The position numbers and the translations under genes were made by a program. Below, piece after piece: positions 59,553 through 64,000 of a DNA stretch of 64,000 nt (position 1 is the stretch's first letter; each line of letters starts with the position of its first letter). The stretch is from positions 324,727-388,726 of the forward strand of contig JAGWFT010000001.1 of assembly GCA_028867755.1 (NCBI GenBank), written 5' to 3'. Source of the stretch: Nitrososphaerota archaeon (GTDB taxonomy: Archaea; Thermoproteota; Nitrososphaeria; Nitrososphaerales; Nitrosopumilaceae). Under the pieces are notes generated by a model. That model made no database searches, was not told the origin of the DNA, and saw only the letters and a program-made list of their open reading frames with translations.

Positions 59553-59595
59553 TGGAATAGTTTTTGTACTACTCATATATAACAGTGAACTAACA

Positions 59596-60528
59596 ATGAG
59601 CAATACTTTTTTCCAAAAAGATATTGTCTCGGTACGTGATTTTGATAAACAAAAGTTTGAAGAAATTTTCCAAGCTACAGATAAAATAATTAACATGAAT
59701 CCAAACGAAAGAAGAGAACTTGCGCGAGGAAAAACTCTTGGCTATCTCTTCTTTGAGCCAAGCACCAGAACAAGACTGAGCTTTGAGGCCGCAATGGCCT
59801 CTATTGGTGGTACCTCCCTTGGTATAGCTGATGCTTCCTCCTCTTCTGCAAAAAAAGGTGAAAGTCTTGCTGATACAGTGAGAATAATGTCGCTCTACTC
59901 TGACGTGGTTGTTTTACGACACCAGCTTGACGGTTCTAGCAGATTTGCAGCCGAAGTATCAGAAAAACCACTGATTAATGCTGGCAGTGGAACAGAAGAG
60001 CATCCAACGCAGGCAATACTTGACCTCTACACAATCAGAAAGGAAAAGAAACGAATCGATGGTCTTAAAATTGGAATCGTTGGTGACCTAAAATATGGAA
60101 GAACTGTTTACTCGCTTTTGTATGCACTGAGCAACTACAAGATAGATGTTAGATTGATATCTCCTGCTGCGTTGAAAATCCGCTCAGACTCGACATACGA
60201 GATAAGAAAAAGGCTCTCATACACAGAAACAACAGACCTAGAAGAGAGTCTAGATGACCTTGATGTGGTATATGTAACCAGAATTCAGAAGGAAAGATTC
60301 GCCGATATGGAAGAATACGCCAAAGTAAAGGGCAGCTACAAGATCGGACCAGAACTTCTAAAGAAGATGAAAGAAGATGTCATAATAATGCACCCGCTTC
60401 CTCGCTTGGACGAGATCTCTCACAAGCTTGATTCCACAAATAATGCAAAATACTTCAAACAGGCCCAATATGGTAAAGAAACGCGTGCAGCGCTGCTTGC
60501 ACTAATTCTCAACGAAAAAGGAATCTAA
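59596..60528 (+). CDS. pyrB: Aspartate carbamoyltransferase catalytic subunit
   Basis: FEPSTRTRLSF, HPTQ, GDLKYGRTV, MHPLPR; ATG at 59596 preferred over 59509. Confidence 0.97.
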   Translation: MSNTFFQKDIVSVRDFDKQKFEEIFQATDKIINMNPNERRELARGKTLGYLFFEPSTRTRLSFEAAMASIGGTSLGIADASSSSAKKGESLADTVRIMSLYSDVVVLRHQLDGSSRFAAEVSEKPLINAGSGTEEHPTQAILDLYTIRKEKKRIDGLKIGIVGDLKYGRTVYSLLYALSNYKIDVRLISPAALKIRSDSTYEIRKRLSYTETTDLEESLDDLDVVYVTRIQKERFADMEEYAKVKGSYKIGPELLKKMKEDVIIMHPLPRLDEISHKLDSTNNAKYFKQAQYGKETRAALLALILNEKGI

Positions 60529-60530
60529 GC

Positions 60531-61706
60531 CTACTTTACTATGCCAGATTGCTTTAGATATTTTATCTCGTTTACAATGTCATCTGCTGGAACATTGTTG
60601 TATATCATGTAACTGACAGTATTTTTCACCCATGGTGGAACATAGCTACCATGTATTCCAAGCACGTCTAACAGTTTTGAATCAGATATGGTAAATGTTG
60701 AAAAACCTGCCCAAGACACAAGCGCTGATTTTTCATCAAGATAAAAATACTCATCAGTGTTTGGGACATAACTTGGATCAAAACCTGCAATCATTACTTT
60801 GTGCTGACCATAGCCTATGTTGAATGCAACATGCCAGTTTTGTGTATCGTTGTCTTTGCTTATCAAGGGATTAATCTGGTTACCATCTACGAGCACCTGG
60901 AAGGCCCCATTACTTGATTCGCTAGGAAACATGAAATTAGCATAATATGGCATCTGCCAAGGATTTGATGCGTCAAAAGAAATTGAATTACTGTTTTCAT
61001 CAAAATTTTGGTTAGTAAAATAGACAATTGATAGGACGCTAAAATAAAATGTCTTGTCTTTCCATTGTGTTGACATTTCTATAGAGCTATCAGTTCCGGG
61101 AATAAAACAACTATAGTATGCAACTTGTTTTGCAATGGTTTGGTCTGGATACATCACAAATTCAGCCTTGTTTCCAGGGTCAATCTTTGGTATGGTCCAG
61201 GTGTTCTCTACCTCATCGAGATATTGATTATTTTTGCTATGTACTAGCGCATAGACGTCAATATTGCTTACAGTATAGTTTCCAGTATTTGTTATAAAAC
61301 CTGTCAAGTGACCATCAGGATATTTCATAAGGGTTTTGTCGTAGTTTACTTCTATGTTAAGCGGATTACTGTTGGTGGAAAAAAATGAAACCAAGGGTTT
61401 TTGCAGAACAGGATCTCCACTAGTTATTTGTGGAAATATGAATTTGAAAGGCATGTCCTTTGATGGATAAATTACAGGAAGTATACGAGACTCTGAAAAT
61501 GTAGAATCTCCATTATTTACTGTAACCTGAACCTTTGCAAGAACAGTCTGGTTATCAGTATTTTTCACTGAACCATACACAGCATACATTCCATCATGAT
61601 CAAAATATCCAGCATACTCACTGTCAGGTATGTAGACTTGGGCACCTGCAACATGAAACAAAACGCCAAGTAACACAAAGACAGGAATTATGTAAAAAAC
61701 TTTCAT
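60531..61706 (-). CDS. Secreted multi-domain protein with thaumarchaeal C-terminal P.WVKN module
   Basis: Signal peptide, G.V.N beta-sandwich repeats, C-terminal VPPWVKN...IKYLKQSGIV. Confidence 0.65.
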   Translation of the reverse strand: MKVFYIIPVFVLLGVLFHVAGAQVYIPDSEYAGYFDHDGMYAVYGSVKNTDNQTVLAKVQVTVNNGDSTFSESRILPVIYPSKDMPFKFIFPQITSGDPVLQKPLVSFFSTNSNPLNIEVNYDKTLMKYPDGHLTGFITNTGNYTVSNIDVYALVHSKNNQYLDEVENTWTIPKIDPGNKAEFVMYPDQTIAKQVAYYSCFIPGTDSSIEMSTQWKDKTFYFSVLSIVYFTNQNFDENSNSISFDASNPWQMPYYANFMFPSESSNGAFQVLVDGNQINPLISKDNDTQNWHVAFNIGYGQHKVMIAGFDPSYVPNTDEYFYLDEKSALVSWAGFSTFTISDSKLLDVLGIHGSYVPPWVKNTVSYMIYNNVPADDIVNEIKYLKQSGIVK

Positions 61707-61744
61707 TCTAATATTGCACTGTCTCCATCTAATTTGTACTTAGC

Positions 61745-62128
61745 TCACATTGCCACAAGCTTGACATTTTCCATTTTTCTATTTGTCTTAAAGTCTTTTG
61801 TCATGGTGCCGATCTTTTCAGCATCTCCGTGTAACAAGAACAGTTCCATGCATTTGTTGCCATCTACCTTGCTATGAAGATGAGTTCCAATGAGATCCTC
61901 GTGATTGTGCTTTATGCCAGTAACTACCTGTTCTGATTCTTCATCATGAACAACCATTAGAATAGCATGTATGCTGCCAGAAAGATTTGCAGTCTGTTTT
62001 TCTTCTGATACAAGATTTCTGATCCCAGCGCGAATAATTTCTGACCTGCCGGAAAATCCCATCGTCTTTTGCAATTTGTCTATTTCTGACAGGATCTCGT
62101 CATTTAGAGAGATTGAAACAATTGGCAT
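61745..62128 (-). CDS. NikR-family (RHH + metal-binding domain) regulator
   Basis: IVSISL...GFSGRSEIIRAGIR RHH; H...THLH.....C metal ligand set. Confidence 0.88.
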   Translation of the reverse strand: MPIVSISLNDEILSEIDKLQKTMGFSGRSEIIRAGIRNLVSEEKQTANLSGSIHAILMVVHDEESEQVVTGIKHNHEDLIGTHLHSKVDGNKCMELFLLHGDAEKIGTMTKDFKTNRKMENVKLVAM

Positions 62129-62179
62129 GGTGTGAATATTATTAACTATCTTATAAGTTTAGCAATAATTGTTATTAAT

Positions 62180-62212
62180 ATTTTATAAATTTATTAATAA
62201 CATTAGATTCAT
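62180..62212. promoter_or_regulatory. Inverted repeat TGTTATTAATA-N11-TATTAATAACA straddling the TATA box
   Basis: Perfect 11-bp arms around TTTTATAAAT in the divergent nikR-like/metal-ABC promoter. Confidence 0.55.
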
Positions 62213-62220
62213 GTTGGCTA

Positions 62221-63225
62221 TTGAGTTCTAGAAAAAAAATAGCAGCAACAGGTGGGGGAATTGCAGCTGCAATTATCATAGCTGTAGTTGCCCTGTCAGG
62301 TGCAAATGTCTTTGTTCACAATAATCCTACTCAAATTCAGAATATTACATCAAGTTCTGCGGCTCAGAGTAACACCGTATCAACTAGTCAAGTCTCAACA
62401 TCCAAGTTGCAAATAGTAGCTGCTGAAAATTTCTGGGGCAGTTTAATATCTCAACTTGGTGGAACACACGTCCAAGTGTTGAGTATCGTTACGGATCCAA
62501 ATGCAGATCCACATGAATATGAAAGCAACACTGCGGATGCTCAAGCTCTTACAAATGCAAACTATGTAATTGTTAATGGCGCCGGATATGATGACTGGGC
62601 CATAAAAATTATTGGAGCAAGTAATAACCCAAATCAAAAAGTTTTGAATGTAGCGAAACTTCTCGGTAAAAAAGAAGGTGATAATCCTCATTTCTGGTAC
62701 AGTCCAGTTTATGTGAATCAAACTGTGGCCCAAATGTATTCGGATCTTGTTTCTATCGATCCTAATAATGCCGCATATTACAAACAACAGTATGTTAACT
62801 TGAATGCTTCCCTCGGACAATATAACGCTAGAATAGACGAGATCAAGCAGCAATTTGCAGGCACACGCGTAGCAGCAACGGAAAGCATCTTTGTATATCT
62901 AGCAAATGCTACAGGTCTTGATCTCATCTCTCCTCCTGAATTTATTGACGCTGTTGCAGAAGGAAACGATCCTCCTGCACAAAGTGTTGTACAATTTCAA
63001 CAACAGCTTCAGGGTCAGGGAGGAAATGTGACTGTGTTGGTATACAATGAACAGACGGTGACACCACTTACACAAAACATCAAGGCACTAGCAGCCCAAA
63101 AAGGTATTCCTATTGTTGGGGTAACAGAAACCATACAACCATCTGATGTCTCATTCCAAGATTGGATGAATTCAGAATTGATCTCTTTACAAAATGCTCT
63201 CAATGCAAAGGCTTTAGGTCAATGA
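62221..63225 (+). CDS. Zn/Mn ABC transporter substrate-binding protein (ZnuA-like)
   Basis: VAAENFWGS, DPHEYE, NPHFWY, N-terminal TM anchor. Confidence 0.9.
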   Translation: MSSRKKIAATGGGIAAAIIIAVVALSGANVFVHNNPTQIQNITSSSAAQSNTVSTSQVSTSKLQIVAAENFWGSLISQLGGTHVQVLSIVTDPNADPHEYESNTADAQALTNANYVIVNGAGYDDWAIKIIGASNNPNQKVLNVAKLLGKKEGDNPHFWYSPVYVNQTVAQMYSDLVSIDPNNAAYYKQQYVNLNASLGQYNARIDEIKQQFAGTRVAATESIFVYLANATGLDLISPPEFIDAVAEGNDPPAQSVVQFQQQLQGQGGNVTVLVYNEQTVTPLTQNIKALAAQKGIPIVGVTETIQPSDVSFQDWMNSELISLQNALNAKALGQ

Positions 63226-63231
63226 GACAAG

Positions 63232-64000
63232 ATGAATAGCGTAGATACTAATATGATTACGGATGCAGTGCAGCAGGAAATTGTTAAGGCTGAAAATCTA
63301 GCGGCGGGTTACCCAGGCAAAACTGTTTGGCAAGGTGCAAATTTTAGTTTTGTTCGGGGTGAGTTTGTAGCAATTATCGGCCCTAATGGAGCTGGCAAGA
63401 CGTTACTGATGCGCTTACTTCTTGGACTGCAGCAACCTATCAGGGGAACAATCAAGACATTCAATTCATCACCCAAGCGCGGTAATCCAAAGATTGGCTA
63501 CGTGCCTCAACGTCATCTTATTGACAATGATACTAACATTGAGTGTATTGAATTGGTGCGATTGGCTTTTTCTGGGAACAAATGGGGCTTTAGCCTGTCC
63601 TCTAAAAACGAACGAAAAATTGCTTTTGATGCACTCGAGGCAGTTGGAGCTGCCGAGTTGGCTCATCAACCACTCAGTGCTTTGTCAGGTGGAGAACTGC
63701 AGCGTATATTTTTGGCAGAAGCATTGGTAAGTAATCCTGAAATTTTATTGCTTGATGAACCATTGTCAAACCTTGACATCAGACGCGCAAAGGAACTAGT
63801 GCAACTTGTCAATAAAGTGGTTCGGTCTCGAAACGTAACGGCATTGCTTGTTGCCCATGACATAAACCCTCTCTTACCATATCTTGACAAAGTGGTTTAC
63901 ATGGCAAACGGTAAGGCAGCAACAGGAAAACCAAAAGATGTCTTGACATCAGAATCTCTCACTGCATTGTATGGAGTTCACATCGAGGTTATTCAAGATT
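63232..64000 (+). CDS. Metal ABC transporter ATP-binding protein (runs off the window end)
   Basis: Hand translation: GPNGAGKT, LSGGELQR, LLLDEPLSNLD; no stop before 64000. Confidence 0.9.
   Translation, partial: MNSVDTNMITDAVQQEIVKAENLAAGYPGKTVWQGANFSFVRGEFVAIIGPNGAGKTLLMRLLLGLQQPIRGTIKTFNSSPKRGNPKIGYVPQRHLIDNDTNIECIELVRLAFSGNKWGFSLSSKNERKIAFDALEAVGAAELAHQPLSALSGGELQRIFLAEALVSNPEILLLDEPLSNLDIRRAKELVQLVNKVVRSRNVTALLVAHDINPLLPYLDKVVYMANGKAATGKPKDVLTSESLTALYGVHIEVIQD

Noticed and set aside
59509-59696. Apparent head-to-head overlap of pyrI and pyrB
   Set aside because: It is an artefact of longest-ORF calling. Homology begins at ATG 59552 and ATG 59596, leaving a 43-bp divergent promoter. The same applies to psmB/egsA and atpK/atpE.
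1-64000. CRISPR arrays, rRNA, tRNA and IS elements
   Set aside because: No regularly spaced repeats, cloverleaf-like sequences or transposase ORFs were seen by eye. tRNAscan-SE/Infernal would be needed to exclude short RNAs.

Overview
Archaeal genomic DNA from an ammonia-oxidising thaumarchaeote (Nitrososphaeria), most likely an acidophilic Nitrosotalea-like organism. The evidence is TBP, egsA, psmB-aCPSF1, archaeal CoA genes, C2H2 small proteins and a K-E-C-F-A-B-D-H-I V-type-like ATPase operon. About 1.3-20.5 kb is a nitrogen/urea/nickel island containing a TBP copy, a ureohydrolase + urease-gamma-like + Zn-finger operon, an SSS transporter + USP, an orphan ParB-type CTPase/HTH protein, a triple ribbon-helix-helix-like protein, ureCBA/ureEFGD, a His-tailed group II chaperonin, arginine decarboxylase between two deoxyhypusine-synthase-family genes, and a NiCoT nickel transporter. 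Reading the intergenic DNA by eye gave two different 5-3-5 palindromes that I found only in this island: TTCGA-N3-TCGAA (4 copies) and ACGTA-N3-TACGT (about 8 copies). There are also two NikR-style operators and five small ORFs missed by the ORF track. The remaining ~43 kb is mostly housekeeping or transport genes. I saw no rRNA, tRNA, CRISPR array, transposase or integrase. All family calls come from recalled motifs; no database searches were run.
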